The notes: generated by a model not told the origin, from the letters alone. DNA of 64,000 nucleotides from an uncultured Planctomycetota bacterium (GCA_963845755.1 CAWJTV010000042.1:96001-160000), one strand, 5' to 3'. Counted from the stretch's first letter, positions 1 through 11,408 are shown. Numbers and translations: made by a program.

Positions 1-1224
1 GTGGGCCAGTCGAAAGATCTGGAGGACGCGTTCGACTTCATCGGGCTGAACCGGCCGTCGAAAGGCCCGTTCCGCGAACCGGGCGATCACCTGGCGTGCA
101 CAATCGATCCGCGATTGATCGCCGAAATCGGGAGTACAGAACACGATCCTCTGATGTGACTCGGGAAGCTGGTCGGCCTTCACCGAGACGGGGCCACGCA
201 CGACCATGGAGTCCACATGGAGGCCCGTCTCGACCCCATAACGCTTGTCTCCGCTGACGTTGGCGGCAACGTCCTTGGGCCTGTCGACATTCGGATCCTT
301 CGACTGGCCGGGAGCCAACGCGACATGGACCAGGTTGTCCCCTTCCGCGACCCTGAGCCAGTAGCGATAGACCACCGTCTCGTCCTGAACCCGCGCGGCG
401 GCCACGGTGCGGCGATCCTTGCCGAACCCGATCATCAACCGAGGCGGCGGGACCGATTCCGGAATCCCAACGCGCACCAGGCTGAAATCGGCCAGGTAAC
501 GACCCGGCTTCAAGGAATGCTTGAACTCGACCGCTCCGTTGGGCGGTAGCGGATATGTCTTCAAGCCAATCAATTCTTTGGGTGAGTATTCCTCCGCGTC
601 GGGCAAGACGATCGCCTTCTGCAAGGCCAGGTCCGCCGCGTCGAGATACTTCTCGACATGGATGGGTGAGATGTTGAGTGCGGAACCCACATTGTCGAAC
701 CCGAAACCGATATCATCGGGGGGGAAGGCATCCGCCAGGTGAAGATCCTGCCCTAACAGGTCGCGGATTGTATTGTTGTATTCCTGCCGGTTGAGCCGCC
801 GGATCACGACCGGAGCCGAGCTGACTTGCTTCGCACATTGAGCGGCCAGGAAGTCCTTCTCGATCCAGCCGCCGATGCGATCCCGTTCTTCCAGCGTGGG
901 TTGGGGCATGTCGGCCGGGGGCATGATCCCTCCCTGGAGCGCATCCCGCACGCGGAGCCAGGTCCTCCCGTCCTTGACAGCCACTTCCTGATTCTCGTAG
1001 CGATCGAGGACGATTCCCGCCTCCGAACTCTCATTTGCGTGGCAGTCGAAGCAGTATCGCTCGAGCAAGGGCAGGACTTGCCTTTGAAACGGGTCGCGCG
1101 GCTCCGGCTCTCTCGCGGTCGCCGGAGCGAAACTCATCAACATCGTGATGGCCGATGCGAGGACAGCCACCAGGGCGATGGAAGTCACGCCGTACAACAA
1201 ACATCGGATTCTGAGCGTTTTCAT
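1..1224 (-). CDS. DUF1592/PSD-family planctomycete cytochrome c domain protein (3' part runs off the window)
   Basis: Manual translation from ATG 1224: MKTLRIRC..., signal-like N-terminus, heme motif CFDCH, MPP motif, RRLNRQEYNNTIRDL (DUF1587-like), FAERAFRRPV (DUF1595-like). Absent from the ORF track because it is open at the window edge. Confidence 0.88.
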   Translation of the reverse strand, partial: MKTLRIRCLLYGVTSIALVAVLASAITMLMSFAPATAREPEPRDPFQRQVLPLLERYCFDCHANESSEAGIVLDRYENQEVAVKDGRTWLRVRDALQGGIMPPADMPQPTLEERDRIGGWIEKDFLAAQCAKQVSSAPVVIRRLNRQEYNNTIRDLLGQDLHLADAFPPDDIGFGFDNVGSALNISPIHVEKYLDAADLALQKAIVLPDAEEYSPKELIGLKTYPLPPNGAVEFKHSLKPGRYLADFSLVRVGIPESVPPPRLMIGFGKDRRTVAAARVQDETVVYRYWLRVAEGDNLVHVALAPGQSKDPNVDRPKDVAANVSGDKRYGVETGLHVDSMVVRGPVSVKADQLPESHQRIVFCTPDFGDQSRIDCARQVIARFAERAFRRPVQPDEVERVLQIFRLAH

Positions 1225-1490
1225 CGTTTCGAGCAACTCGCGCCGGTGGCCTGCCAACCGGTTTGGGAAGATTGGGGATAACGGCAAGCCCGAGGTCTTC
1301 TCATCTCAGCGTCGATTTCGACGGAACCAGCCCCATTCTCTTGAACAAATATTGGACACGGACCGAAGGCCGGCGTCCAGTGGATAATCGAATTTGCCGG
1401 GCGTCCAGAGGGCCGGATGTGGGATCGTACGTCTCGCGACCCACTTTGGCGCGACAAAGGTCTGAGCACTCACTCGTCGAAATCGTCTTC

Positions 1491-1609
1491 GAGTCTGTTC
1501 CCGATGGGGCAGGTTCGGGCGAGCGGGGGGCGTCAGCCCCGTGTCCGGTGAGCGACGCCCTCGAAAACAGGGGGCTGACGCCCCCCGCTCGCCCTTCGCG
1601 AACAGACTC
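1491..1609. mobile_element. MITE-like element enclosing a REP-like hairpin
   Basis: TIRs GAGTCTGTTCcCGA / TCGcGAACAGACTC (13/14 match), TTC on both flanks, internal perfect 24-bp inverted repeat 1517-1540 / 1571-1594. Confidence 0.75.
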
Positions 1610-1844
1610 TTCGTTGACCCGCGACGTGAACTTCGCGATAAGAATCCAGGAGAATCTGTGCAACATTTGCCTGCGCCGACTCGATAAACTAGATGTGTGA
1701 CCTTTTGCGCCCATCGCCCCAGACTCCGAAACGATCGATGAAACATCCGATTCGAGACGGCATGGATCCATGCCTGCGACGTTCTCGGCGGGACAGTCTG
1801 CCGAGCGATTCCGTTCGGCTCCTGGTAAAAAGGCGATTCAGACC

Positions 1845-3030
1845 ATGTTAGGTCGTGTTCTGGTCCTCTCAGCCAGTGCGGGAGCGGGTCATCTCCGGGC
1901 GGCGGAGGCCGTCGAGAAGGCGATCCAGGTTCGGGGTCTCGCATCGGAGGTCCAGCATCTCGACGTGCTCAAGTACACCAACCAGGTGTTCCGGCACTTC
2001 TATTCCAAGGCGTACATCGACCTGGTTAACAAGGCGCCGGAGGTCCTCGGTTGGCTTTACGACTACCTGGACGACCCCAAGAAGAACGACCCGGTCCGAC
2101 TGGCTTTCGACCGTCTGAACGCCAATCCGTTCATCCGATATCTCCGCCGTTATCAGCCCGATGTGGCGATCTGCACCCATTTCCTGCCGTCCGGCATCAT
2201 CTCGTCGCTGAAGGAGGAAGGGAAGGTGCGGGTCTTGAACTCGGTGGTGGTCACCGATTTCGACGTCCACGCAATGTGGCTGTGCCGTCATGCGGAGCAA
2301 TACTTCGTCGCCCTGGACGAGACCAAGGTCCACCTGAGAGCGCTGGGCGTGCCCGAGTCCCTGGTGACGGTCTCGGGGATTCCCATCGATCCGGTCTTCG
2401 CGGTCCCCAAGGACAAGCGCGCCCTGCGTCGAAAGCATGGTCTGGAAGAAGAGCGGTTCACGATCCTGGTCTCGGCGGGGGGATTCGGGGTCGGGCCGGT
2501 TGGACACCTGATGCAGGCGCTCACCCGGTTAGAGCACTCGGCGCGGGTGGTGGTCGTCTGCGGGCGGAACGAGGCCCTGAGGGCCGAACTCTCCGCGGCG
2601 ATCAAGACCTTCCCGAAGCGCTCACCGGTCTCGTTCACGCTTCTCGGGTTCACGACCGAGATGGATGAGTTGATGACGGCGGCCGACCTCTACGTCGGCA
2701 AGCCGGGAGGTTTGACCACGTCGGAGGCCCTGGCCAAGGGGCTGCCCATGGTGGTGATCAACCCGATACCCGGCCAGGAGGAGCGGAACTCCGATCATCT
2801 GCTGGAAGAGGGGGTTGCACTCCGTTGCAACAACCTCCCCGCGCTGGCGTTCAAGATCGATACCCTTCTCGATACGCCCGGCAAACTGGCTCGGATGGCG
2901 GAAAACGCGCGGCGCTCTGGGTAAGCCCGAGGCGGCATTCGCGATTGTGGACCGGCTCAGTGCGCTTCGCGTTTCGCGATCCGCTTCGCCGGTCGAGAAG
3001 GCTCGGTATGCGACCGTGCGCGGTCGATAA
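1845..3030 (+). CDS. MGDG synthase/UgtP-like diacylglycerol glycosyltransferase (GT28); frameshift near 2910
   Basis: SASAGAGH, CTHFLP, VTDFDVH, SGIPI, KPGGLT and PIPGQEERN motifs. The expected C-terminus ALGKPEAAFAIVD lies in another frame ending at 3030. Confidence 0.88.
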
Positions 3031-3125
3031 GGGGACCAACCGGCCGCGACGTGGGTCTCCGTCGAGAACCGTCTGACCTGATGAGGAACTCCTGAGATCA
3101 GCAACCCATCGAACCGGAGGACATC

Positions 3126-3633
3126 ATGATCCCGACGCAATTTCAACTCTCCCTGACCCTGGGATTGATCCTCGGCGCCTCGAGCGCAGGCGCAAACGGC
3201 AGCGGGGGAAGTCACCACCACGGAACCACGGTCGTCGGCCCGGTCGGGCGTCGTGCGCAGCACGTCCGACGACACGACCCGATCCCTCACCTTCGAGATC
3301 TACCTGGATCAGAAGGAGGGGCATCGCTGGCGGCTCAAGGCGACCAACGGCCAGATCATCGCCACCTCCGGACAGGGCTACAAGGATCAGCGCGACTGCA
3401 AGAACGCGATCGATCGGATCAAGAAGGATGCGGCGACGAAGCTGAAGTTCGAGACCTATGAGGACAAGGCCAAGGAGCATCGCTGGCGGCTCAAGGCGAC
3501 CAACGGCCAGATCATCGCCACCTCCGGACAGGGTTACAAGGATGCGCAGAGCTGCAAGCACGCGATCGACGTGATCAAGAAGGGGGCGGAGAAGGCCAAG
3601 GTCGAGGAGGCGAAGTCATCCGCTCCGGCCTGA
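3126..3633 (+). CDS. Secreted YegP/DUF1508 tandem-domain protein; frameshift near 3250
   Basis: Two copies of RWRLKATNGQIIATSGQGYKD. The signal-peptide-like N-terminus with RBS (ggagg) is in a different frame. Confidence 0.8.
3321..3543 (+). repeat. 67-bp intragenic direct repeat (3321-3387 and 3477-3543, one mismatch)
   Basis: Direct sequence comparison; encodes the two DUF1508 cores. Confidence 0.9.
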
Positions 3634-3687
3634 TGCGGAGGATCCTGAACGATCCAGAGATCCTCGACTGGTAGAGCCGATCGGGCC

Positions 3688-4140
3688 TCAAGTCAGCGAT
3701 CCGAGGACCGACTCTGGAGAGATCGTGACGATTTCGCGGTAGCGTCGGAAGTCAACCACATTGAACGTTAGGAGTCGATCGATTCCATTGATGATCATCG
3801 CGGCCACAAGCCGGGCATCATGACCGTTCTTTCCCATCACTTGATAATGGAGGACCAGGCGTTCCCACTCCGGCAGGATATCAGGAGTGTCTATTAGGAT
3901 GCGATACAATGTCTTGAGTTGGCTCAGCTCCGACTGGGCCCGGATAACCGCCCATCCCAGCCCATTCTCACTGAGCGGTCGAGTGGCGACAACCCAGAAC
4001 TCGTAGAGGTTTTGAGGAGTCAGGCATAGCACCTCCCCGCTCTGTCGCAACATGGCAACCGCGTTGACCGCTGGTTGGTGCATCGAATGGTGGGGTTGGG
4101 CAGATCGGGTCAGGATGTTGGTGTCGAGAAGAACGGTCAT
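3688..4140 (-). CDS. vapC: PIN-domain (VapC-like) toxin
   Basis: VLLDTNIL...QNLYEFW...HDARLVA...LLTFNVVDF; overlaps the upstream small gene by 4 nt. Confidence 0.9.
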   Translation of the reverse strand: MTVLLDTNILTRSAQPHHSMHQPAVNAVAMLRQSGEVLCLTPQNLYEFWVVATRPLSENGLGWAVIRAQSELSQLKTLYRILIDTPDILPEWERLVLHYQVMGKNGHDARLVAAMIINGIDRLLTFNVVDFRRYREIVTISPESVLGSLT

Positions 4141-4400
4141 TCGCCCCGCCCCTCATAGATGCTCTCACGACTGTCGTCCGCTATGACGGCCGAGTTGGGA
4201 TGCCCCGCTGCCCAGGATCTCCAGCGTGAGATCCAAAGATCGGCCGAAGTCGCCTCCATGGCTGAGGACGCGACGCTGTGGATTCTGTACGCCTCCTGCT
4301 CGGCAAGCTCTTGGAGGAGGGCTTCGAGTGACTGCCCGTGGCGCACGGCCTTTTCTTGGAGCAATCGCTCGATTTCTGGTCGTAGATGAACCGTAATCAT
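4137..4400 (-). CDS. Putative antitoxin
   Basis: 87 aa, RHH-like start ITVHLRPEIERLL, acidic end DDSRESIYEGRGE, coupled to the PIN gene. Confidence 0.8.
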   Translation of the reverse strand: MITVHLRPEIERLLQEKAVRHGQSLEALLQELAEQEAYRIHSVASSAMEATSADLWISRWRSWAAGHPNSAVIADDSRESIYEGRGE

Positions 4401-4647
4401 GATCCAGTATAACTCCGTGGATAAATACTTCTCAACCTGCTATTATCGTAGCACGAATGGCGGCCCCGGACCACCCTCGTGGATCTCCGGCGCACCGGAT
4501 GCTGGGGCTCCGATTTCAAGCGTAGGACACCTGTGGCCGATGGCGAAAGTTCGGCGAGGCGAGTATCGTATTCTCGGGCCGTGGCGAAACCGCAACCATG
4601 ACACGCTGTTCGTTCGTGATCGAAGCAACCATCAGAGGAGATCCTTC

Positions 4648-5820
4648 ATGAGTCGCCTTCGGCTTTGCGTCGGATGTTGCCTGCTATTGGTCGTTTCGGC
4701 ACCGCTGCTGGCTGGGGCCGCCGAGGGGCCGGGCCCGTCCCTGAACGACTATTTCCCGCCTCCTGAAGAGCAAGGGGGCTGGCGGACCTTGCTGCCCGCG
4801 GAGGGCGAGCCCGATGACTCGCAGAAGGCGCGGATCCGCGAGGTCGGCGGGGTCGATTGGGACGCGCTCAAGGCGGCCTGGGACCACAACGCCGCGGCTC
4901 CCGGCGGTACGGGACTTCTGGTCATCCGCCGCGGCCAGATCGTCGGCGAGTGGTACAAGGAGGCCGACCGAACGACCGCGTTCAATATCTACTCCAGCTC
5001 AAAGTCCTACACGAGCACGGCATACGGGTTGATCCTCTCGGACTTCGGCAACGGTCCGCTTCCCGGCGGCAAGGCGCTGTCCCTCGACATGAAGGTCTGC
5101 AACGCCGAATGGCTTCCCGAGTCGCTGCCGCTGCCCGATCCTCGCAAGGCGGATATCACGGTCAGAAACCTTCTGAACATGGCCTCGGGCCTGGACACTC
5201 AGAACCCTCCGGAGAAGGATCACCCGTTCGAATGGGCGCTCGGCCACGTCGACGGCTCGCCGATGGTCCAGCTCAAGAACGACCCAGGCGCGGCCTTCCA
5301 TTACAGCAATGCCGGGGTCGCCCACCTGGTACTCGTGTTCCAGCGCGCGACCGGCGAGGATCTGTATCCGTTCTTGAAGCGGCGGCTGTTTGAGCGGATC
5401 GGCGAGACGCAATTGCGCTGGAAGCCGCTCGGCGGTCCCGATGGCGGCGTGGGGGCGATCGGCCCGTTCAGCCAGGGATATAGCGGCATCCACACCAACC
5501 CCCGCCAGCACGCGCGGTTCTGCTACCTGGCGTTGCACAAGGGAGAGTGGGCCGGCAAGCGGATTGTCCCGGCGTCGTACTATGACTTTGCCTGGAAGGG
5601 GACATCGGTTAAGCGCGACTACGGCGGTCAGTGGTGGACTGCTCCCCACATCCCCGGCGCACCGACCGACCTGGTCATGACACTGGGCCGCAACCACAAC
5701 GACGGTTTCGTCGTCCCCAGTCTCGACCTGGTGTTCATCCGGCTGGGCAATGGCGGAGAGTTCCCCAAGGAATTCGAGAAAGACCTGGTCCTGAAGGTCC
5801 TGGCGGCCGTGGTCAAATAG
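4648..5820 (+). CDS. Secreted serine hydrolase (beta-lactamase/class C-like family)
   Basis: Signal peptide, SSSK (SxxK), LLNMASG, FHYSN, VPSLDLV; RBS gaggag before ATG 4648. Confidence 0.88.
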   Translation: MSRLRLCVGCCLLLVVSAPLLAGAAEGPGPSLNDYFPPPEEQGGWRTLLPAEGEPDDSQKARIREVGGVDWDALKAAWDHNAAAPGGTGLLVIRRGQIVGEWYKEADRTTAFNIYSSSKSYTSTAYGLILSDFGNGPLPGGKALSLDMKVCNAEWLPESLPLPDPRKADITVRNLLNMASGLDTQNPPEKDHPFEWALGHVDGSPMVQLKNDPGAAFHYSNAGVAHLVLVFQRATGEDLYPFLKRRLFERIGETQLRWKPLGGPDGGVGAIGPFSQGYSGIHTNPRQHARFCYLALHKGEWAGKRIVPASYYDFAWKGTSVKRDYGGQWWTAPHIPGAPTDLVMTLGRNHNDGFVVPSLDLVFIRLGNGGEFPKEFEKDLVLKVLAAVVK

Positions 5821-5893
5821 TTGTGGATCGCGCGGGCCGGCCGGAGGTGGCTGGTCCAGTCCGTCGATCGAACCGGGAGTCCATGGACGACTC

Positions 5894-6886
5894 ATGGAAG
5901 CCTATCTTCTGATACCTTTGTTCGTGGGATTGGTGATCGCGGCCTTGGCCTGGATCTGGCTGATCGTCCGCGCGATCGAGCAAGACGTCCGGTGGGGCCT
6001 CGGCAGCCTCATCCTACCGCCCGTGGCCCTCTGGTTCGCGGTGCGTCATCCTCAGCGGGCGATCGGGCCGCTCGTCTCGCTCGTGGCCGGCGGGGTGATC
6101 GCGGTCGCCCCGGCGTTCTATCTGCTGTCAGTGCCGGTCGCCCCGGAGTTGCAAAAAAAGCTCGGTGAGCGGCCCATGGTCTGGTCGCTGGCGAGTACGG
6201 CGCTGCGAAGCGATGTGGTTCACGAATGGATGGAAAGGCAGGCATTCTACCTCCAGGTCGGGGGCGTGGCCATGGCCGCCCTGGCCTGGATCTGGCTGAT
6301 CGTCCGCGCATTTCGGCAACGACGAGCCTGGGGGTGGAGTAGTCTCGTCGTGCCACCGATCGGGCTGGCCTTCGCCGCGCGCCATCCCCGGAAGGGCGTC
6401 GCGCCGCTGATTCTACTGGTACTGGCCATACTGGTCACCGCGACGCCGGCGGTCTACATCCTCTCGGTGCCGTTGGACCTGGGCGAACGCGTGAAGATCG
6501 TCGACGGCCGGCGCCATGTCACCTTGACCGGTTGGGATCGCAAGGATTACTCCTTGCTGGGACTGTTGCCGGATGTTTCGGTCCTCCAGATGGCCAACCC
6601 GGATGTGACCGACAGCGTCCTCGAGAAGCTCAGGGACATGAAGGCGCTTCACGAACTCGACCTCAATGGGACGCAGGTGACCGACGCGGGCCTCGGGGTC
6701 CTCCGAGACCTCCCCGCCCTGGAGACCTTGAGGCTGGCCAGGACCAAGATCACCGAGAAAGGGTTTCACGACGCGCTCTCATCCAAGGCGTCGTTGATGA
6801 TGCTCGACCTACGCGGGACACCCGTGAGCCGGGAGTCGATCAAGGCATGGCGCGATGCCAATCCGGAGCGCAAAGCGATGCAGTGA
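5894..6886 (+). CDS. Membrane protein with duplicated TM module and C-terminal leucine-rich repeats
   Basis: AALAWIWLIVRA module occurs twice; LHELDLNGTQVTDAGL and LETLRLARTKIT repeats. Confidence 0.8.
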   Translation: MEAYLLIPLFVGLVIAALAWIWLIVRAIEQDVRWGLGSLILPPVALWFAVRHPQRAIGPLVSLVAGGVIAVAPAFYLLSVPVAPELQKKLGERPMVWSLASTALRSDVVHEWMERQAFYLQVGGVAMAALAWIWLIVRAFRQRRAWGWSSLVVPPIGLAFAARHPRKGVAPLILLVLAILVTATPAVYILSVPLDLGERVKIVDGRRHVTLTGWDRKDYSLLGLLPDVSVLQMANPDVTDSVLEKLRDMKALHELDLNGTQVTDAGLGVLRDLPALETLRLARTKITEKGFHDALSSKASLMMLDLRGTPVSRESIKAWRDANPERKAMQ

Positions 6887-6953
6887 ACCGTAGGTGTCGA
6901 GGCCGAGGACGACGCGTCTGTTGGTTCGAAGGTTCGATACAGGAGCGACGCCA

Positions 6954-7826
6954 ATGAGCATGTCTCTGCGTGATTCGGTCCCGGGCGATTCGCAAAATGC
7001 CCTGTTCCTGGCGCGGGCCTGCGATCTGGCCTACTACAATGAATCGGAGGGGCCCGCGCGATTCCGTTCGGAACTGGGCCTGGAGGCGCGGCTGATCAGC
7101 GTAGATAACACACAGGTCTACGTCGCGGAGAACGACCAGTCGATCGTGGTTGCCTTCCGAGGTTCGGAGGCGCCCACAACTCTGGACGGGTTCAAGGATT
7201 GGCTCTTGACCAACGCCAACAACTACTTGATCCTCCCTGAGGGGCGGGCCGGCACCGATTTCGCCGCGGCAGGAGTGGGCGCGCGGTTCCACAAGGGGTT
7301 CCTTGAGGCTCTGGAGATGGTCTGGCAGCCGATGCTGACGGCCGTGAACGAGGCCATCAAGGCCAAGGAGCGGCCGGTCTGGGTCACGGGGCATAGCCTG
7401 GGGGGCGCGCTGGCGCTCCTGGCCGCGTGGCGGCTCCAACGCAACTTCGCCTCGATCCATGAGATTACCACCTTCGGTGCGCCGATGATCGGAAACGATG
7501 TCGCCGCCAGAGCATTCGAGCAGGACTTCTCGGGCAAGATCTTCCGCTTCGTCGATCTGGAAGACGTGGTGCCGCACCTTCCTTCGGTGAGTCTGGTCGC
7601 CAACGCCTACACCCATTGCCTGAATGAAGTCGGCCTGAGTGACGCCCAGGCTGCCGCCAAATCGGCCCTTGAAGCGCTCAAACAAGCGGGCGGCATCAGC
7701 GGCGATGGTACCGTCGATTCCGCGGTGGCCGATCAGGTCTGGGAGATGGTCAAGGGCCGGATCGCCGCGCACATGATCGGCACCTACCAGGCGCGGGTCG
7801 AGGCCAAATGCAAGGAGATGGCTTGA
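6954..7826 (+). CDS. Class 3 lipase family protein
   Basis: VVAFRGS, FHKGF, VTGHSLGGALA, TFGAP, DVVPHLP, terminal H..Y. Confidence 0.9.
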   Translation: MSMSLRDSVPGDSQNALFLARACDLAYYNESEGPARFRSELGLEARLISVDNTQVYVAENDQSIVVAFRGSEAPTTLDGFKDWLLTNANNYLILPEGRAGTDFAAAGVGARFHKGFLEALEMVWQPMLTAVNEAIKAKERPVWVTGHSLGGALALLAAWRLQRNFASIHEITTFGAPMIGNDVAARAFEQDFSGKIFRFVDLEDVVPHLPSVSLVANAYTHCLNEVGLSDAQAAAKSALEALKQAGGISGDGTVDSAVADQVWEMVKGRIAAHMIGTYQARVEAKCKEMA

Positions 7827-8167
7827 TCCGTCCAGGCGGATCATTTCGGCTCCATCGGTGCGTCGGTCCATCCCACGTCGAGGTTCCACTGCCGGGAGGC
7901 TTGCTTGCGCCTCTTGTTCCAGTCGGGCGAGATCGGCACCGCGGTGGCGCCGGTCTCCGTCCTTCCGTTTCGTGGAGCCCGGACGTTTCAGCCGCCGGTC
8001 GATGGACGACAGTTTCCGCCGTTTCTTCTCGGAGGCCATGATGGCAGGCTCCCCCTCACGAATGTGAACGAGTATCGATCGGGAAATGATCGCGACGACG
8101 ATCGATATTCGACACAATCCGGCGCGTCAAGGTTCGTGCCCGCGCATCCTCAGGACCAAGGAAATCC

Positions 8168-10635
8168 ATGCAGGACTTCGAAAAACTCGGACTCTTCTAC
8201 CTGGGCAAGGTGTACGACGTGGCGAATCGGCAGGTCACCTCGAACCTGCTGCTCTACGAGTCGAAGGACTTGACCACACACGCGGTGTGCGTGGGGATGA
8301 CCGGCAGCGGCAAGACGGGCCTGGGGATCGGCTTGCTGGAAGAAGCGGCGATCGATGGAATCCCGGTGATCGCCATCGACCCGAAGGGCGACCTGGGTAA
8401 TCTGTTGTTGACATTCCCCGAGCTGCGTCACGAGGATTTCCTGCCATGGGTCGATGCGGACGAGGCGTCGCGTCAAGGGATGACGCCGGAGGAATTCGCC
8501 GCGAAGTCGGCCGAGCAGTGGCGTGAGGGCCTGGCCGCCTGGGGCGAGGACGGCGCGCGGATCGCGCGGTTCCGTGAGGCGGTCAACCTGGCGATCTACA
8601 CGCCGGGGAGCCGTGCGGGACTGCCGCTGACCGTCCTCCGCTCGTTCGCCGCCCCGCCGCCGGGACTGGCCGGCCAGGCCGAGGCCTATCGCGAACGGAT
8701 CGCCTCGGCCGTCTCGGGACTGCTCGCGCTGCTGGGCATCGACGTCGACCCGATTTCTAGTCGCGATCATATCTTACTCTCAAACATACTCGACCATGCC
8801 TGGCGCGCCGGGCACGACCTGGATATGGCCGGGGTCATCCATGCCGTCCAGTCGCCGCCGTTCCAGAAGGTCGGCGTGCTCGACCTGGAGACGTTCTTCC
8901 CGGCCAAGGATCGCTTCACGCTGGCGATGAAGCTCAATAACCTGCTCGCATCGCCGGGGTTCGCCGCCTGGATGGAAGGCGAGCCGATGGACGTCGGCGG
9001 CCTGTTCTCCACCCGCGAAGGGAAGCCGCGGCTGTCGATCATCTCGATCGCTCATCTCTCGGACAACGAGCGGATGTTCTTCGTCACGATCCTCCTGAAC
9101 GAGGTGCTGGCCTGGGCGCGATCGCAGCCGGGCACGTCGAGCCTGCGCACCATCCTCTACATGGACGAGATCTTCGGATACTTCCCCTCGACGTCCAATC
9201 CGCCCTCGAAGGTCCCGATGCTGACCCTGCTCAAACAGGCGCGCGCGCCTACGGCCTGGGGGTCGTGCTGGCGACCCAGAACCCGGTCGACCTCGACTAC
9301 AAAGGGCTCTCCAATTGCGGGACCTGGTTCCTGGGCCGCTTGCAGACGCAGCGCGACAAGGACCGGGTGCTCGAAGGTCTGGAGGGGGCCTCGACGGCGA
9401 CCGGGCACGCCTTCGACCGCCCCGAGATGGACAAGACCCTGTCGGGCCTCGGCCGTCGCGTCTTCGTGATGAACAACGTGCACGACGAGCGGCCGCTGGT
9501 GTTCCAGACCCGTTGGACCCTCTCGTACCTCCGAGGACCGCTGACGCGGGAGCAGATCCAGACGTTGATGGCATCCCGCAAGCAGGCGATGGCCTCGGGG
9601 TCACATTCCCCCGCGACGACGGCCGTACTCACCGGCTCCTCCTCGTCTTCCACGACCGCCTCGACCTCTGGCCTCAACACGACCGGCTCCCGGCCGGTCG
9701 TGCCGCCGGATGTGCCCGTATTCTTCGTGCCGCGCCGCGAACCGGTCGATCCTGGGGAATCGTTGCTCTATCGTCCCGCGCTCTTGGGAGTGGCCCGGCT
9801 GCATTATGCCGACAAGAAGGCCGGCGTCGACCACTGGGAGACGGTGGCCCTGCTCCAACGGATCGGCGATGAGATGCCGGCGGAGGTCTGGGCCCAGAGC
9901 GAGACCTACGACGACGGCGTACCGGAGCTGGACAAGTCGCCCGATGCGGAGGCCAGGTTCGCACCCATGCCCTCCGAGCTGGCCCGGGCCAAGTCTTACG
10001 CCGAGTGGACCAAGGCGCTGAAGAACTACCTCTACCGCGAGCGGACGATGGACCTCTGGAGCTACTCCGAGTTCAAGGAGCTGTCCCGCCCGCGAGAATC
10101 CGAGCGGGAATTCCGGCTGCGGCTGGCCCAGGCATCGCGCGAGCGGCGCGATCGGGAGGTCGAGAAGCTGCGGGCCAAGTACGCGCCCAAGCAGGCTGCC
10201 CTCGAAGATCAGATGCGCCGCGCCCGCGAGCGTGTGGAGCGCGAGCAGGCGCAGGCGAGCCGGTCAACCTGGGACGCGACGGTCGCGATGGGCAGCTCGG
10301 TGCTCGGCGCGCTCCTCGGCCGAAAGACCCTCAGTAAATCCAATGTGACCAAGGCCGCTTCGGCCGCGAAGGCCGCCGGCCGGGCCGCCCAGCAGCATAG
10401 CGACGTCAGTCAGGCCGAGGAGTCGCTCGACGCCCTGCGGCGGAAGTATGACGAGCTGGAAACCAAGTTCCGGGCGGAAGCGGCCAAACTCGACGCACCG
10501 CTACGCCCCGAGGCGGCCAAGCTCGAGCCGTTGCCGATTCGACCCAAGAAGGCCGATATCACCGTCGAGCAGGTCGTCCTGGCCTGGACGCCGTGGAAAG
10601 TCGGCGCCGAGGGGAAGACGGAGGCGGCGTATTGA
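8168..10635 (+). CDS. HerA/FtsK-like P-loop ATPase (DUF87/DUF853-like); frameshift near 9245
   Basis: [21 protein letters not shown], then [12 protein letters not shown] in the second frame; C-terminal coiled coil. Confidence 0.88.
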
Positions 10636-10644
10636 GGAGCTGGC

Positions 10645-11130
10645 TCACGATTCGCCAGCCAGCCGCGACGCCGTTTCTACGAGGGCATCCGATAGCCAGT
10701 AACCGTGTGCTCGGATGGTTTCCACGACAGGGCGAACCAGCGGAATATGGCCGTCTTGCTTCGCCTTGAGCAATACGCCGACGACGCCCGTGATGGCGAT
10801 TCCCGGTTGCCGGGCGGATCTGCGCCCAGCCGGGTCATCGATCACGAGTAACCCATGGGATGAGAGCGCCAGGCAAATGGCATGCTGCTCGCCCGCACCG
10901 AGACCAGATGTTAGCCGGTCGACTTCTTCCGATGACTGTGGTATCGCAGTGATGCGCACGAACATTGCCAGAGCGTCATCAATCCGCTGGGCCTCTGGAC
11001 CGACCTTTGCGAGCAGCTCGCGGTGCACGGACGGTGGAATCAAGATTTCTCCGTACAGGGCTTGAAGCAGAGGCAGTTCGTCCGTTTTGGCCAGCGCGAA
11101 AATCGGACCGGTGTTGCTGACGACGGTCAC
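10645..11130 (-). CDS. DUF3368 PIN-like toxin
   Basis: VVSNTGPI...IPPSVHREL...LGAGEQHAI...VIDD..GR...GVVGVLLKAK...GYWLS. Confidence 0.88.
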   Translation of the reverse strand: MTVVSNTGPIFALAKTDELPLLQALYGEILIPPSVHRELLAKVGPEAQRIDDALAMFVRITAIPQSSEEVDRLTSGLGAGEQHAICLALSSHGLLVIDDPAGRRSARQPGIAITGVVGVLLKAKQDGHIPLVRPVVETIRAHGYWLSDALVETASRLAGES

Positions 11131-11408
11131 GGGTTCATGCTCCCGCCGACAGCCTGGAGATCGGCCCGAAGCTCCGCTTCAATCTCCTCGTCGGGATAAT
11201 TGAAGATGGAGACCCGATAGCGGCCGCATGCCTCGAAGAACTCCCCCCGAGAGAGGCCCGCAACCTCTGCGGCATTTCCGGAGGAGAGTTTGCCCAGCTC
11301 GAACATCTTCAAGGCCACCATCAAAGACAGGTGGGCCGAAAGTTCGTCGGAGGTCAACCGGACGGCCTGAGCGAGATCATCAGGATAGGTGAGGACCAGT
11401 TCTTTCAT
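11127..11408 (-). CDS. UPF0175 family antitoxin-like protein
   Basis: ALKMFELGKLSSGNAAEVAGLSRGEF; coupled to the DUF3368 gene. Confidence 0.88.
   Translation of the reverse strand: MKELVLTYPDDLAQAVRLTSDELSAHLSLMVALKMFELGKLSSGNAAEVAGLSRGEFFEACGRYRVSIFNYPDEEIEAELRADLQAVGGSMNP

Noticed and set aside
6840..8117. 425-aa minus-strand ORF
   Set aside because: Mostly the antisense shadow of the lipase; only the first ~65 codons from 8039 may be real.
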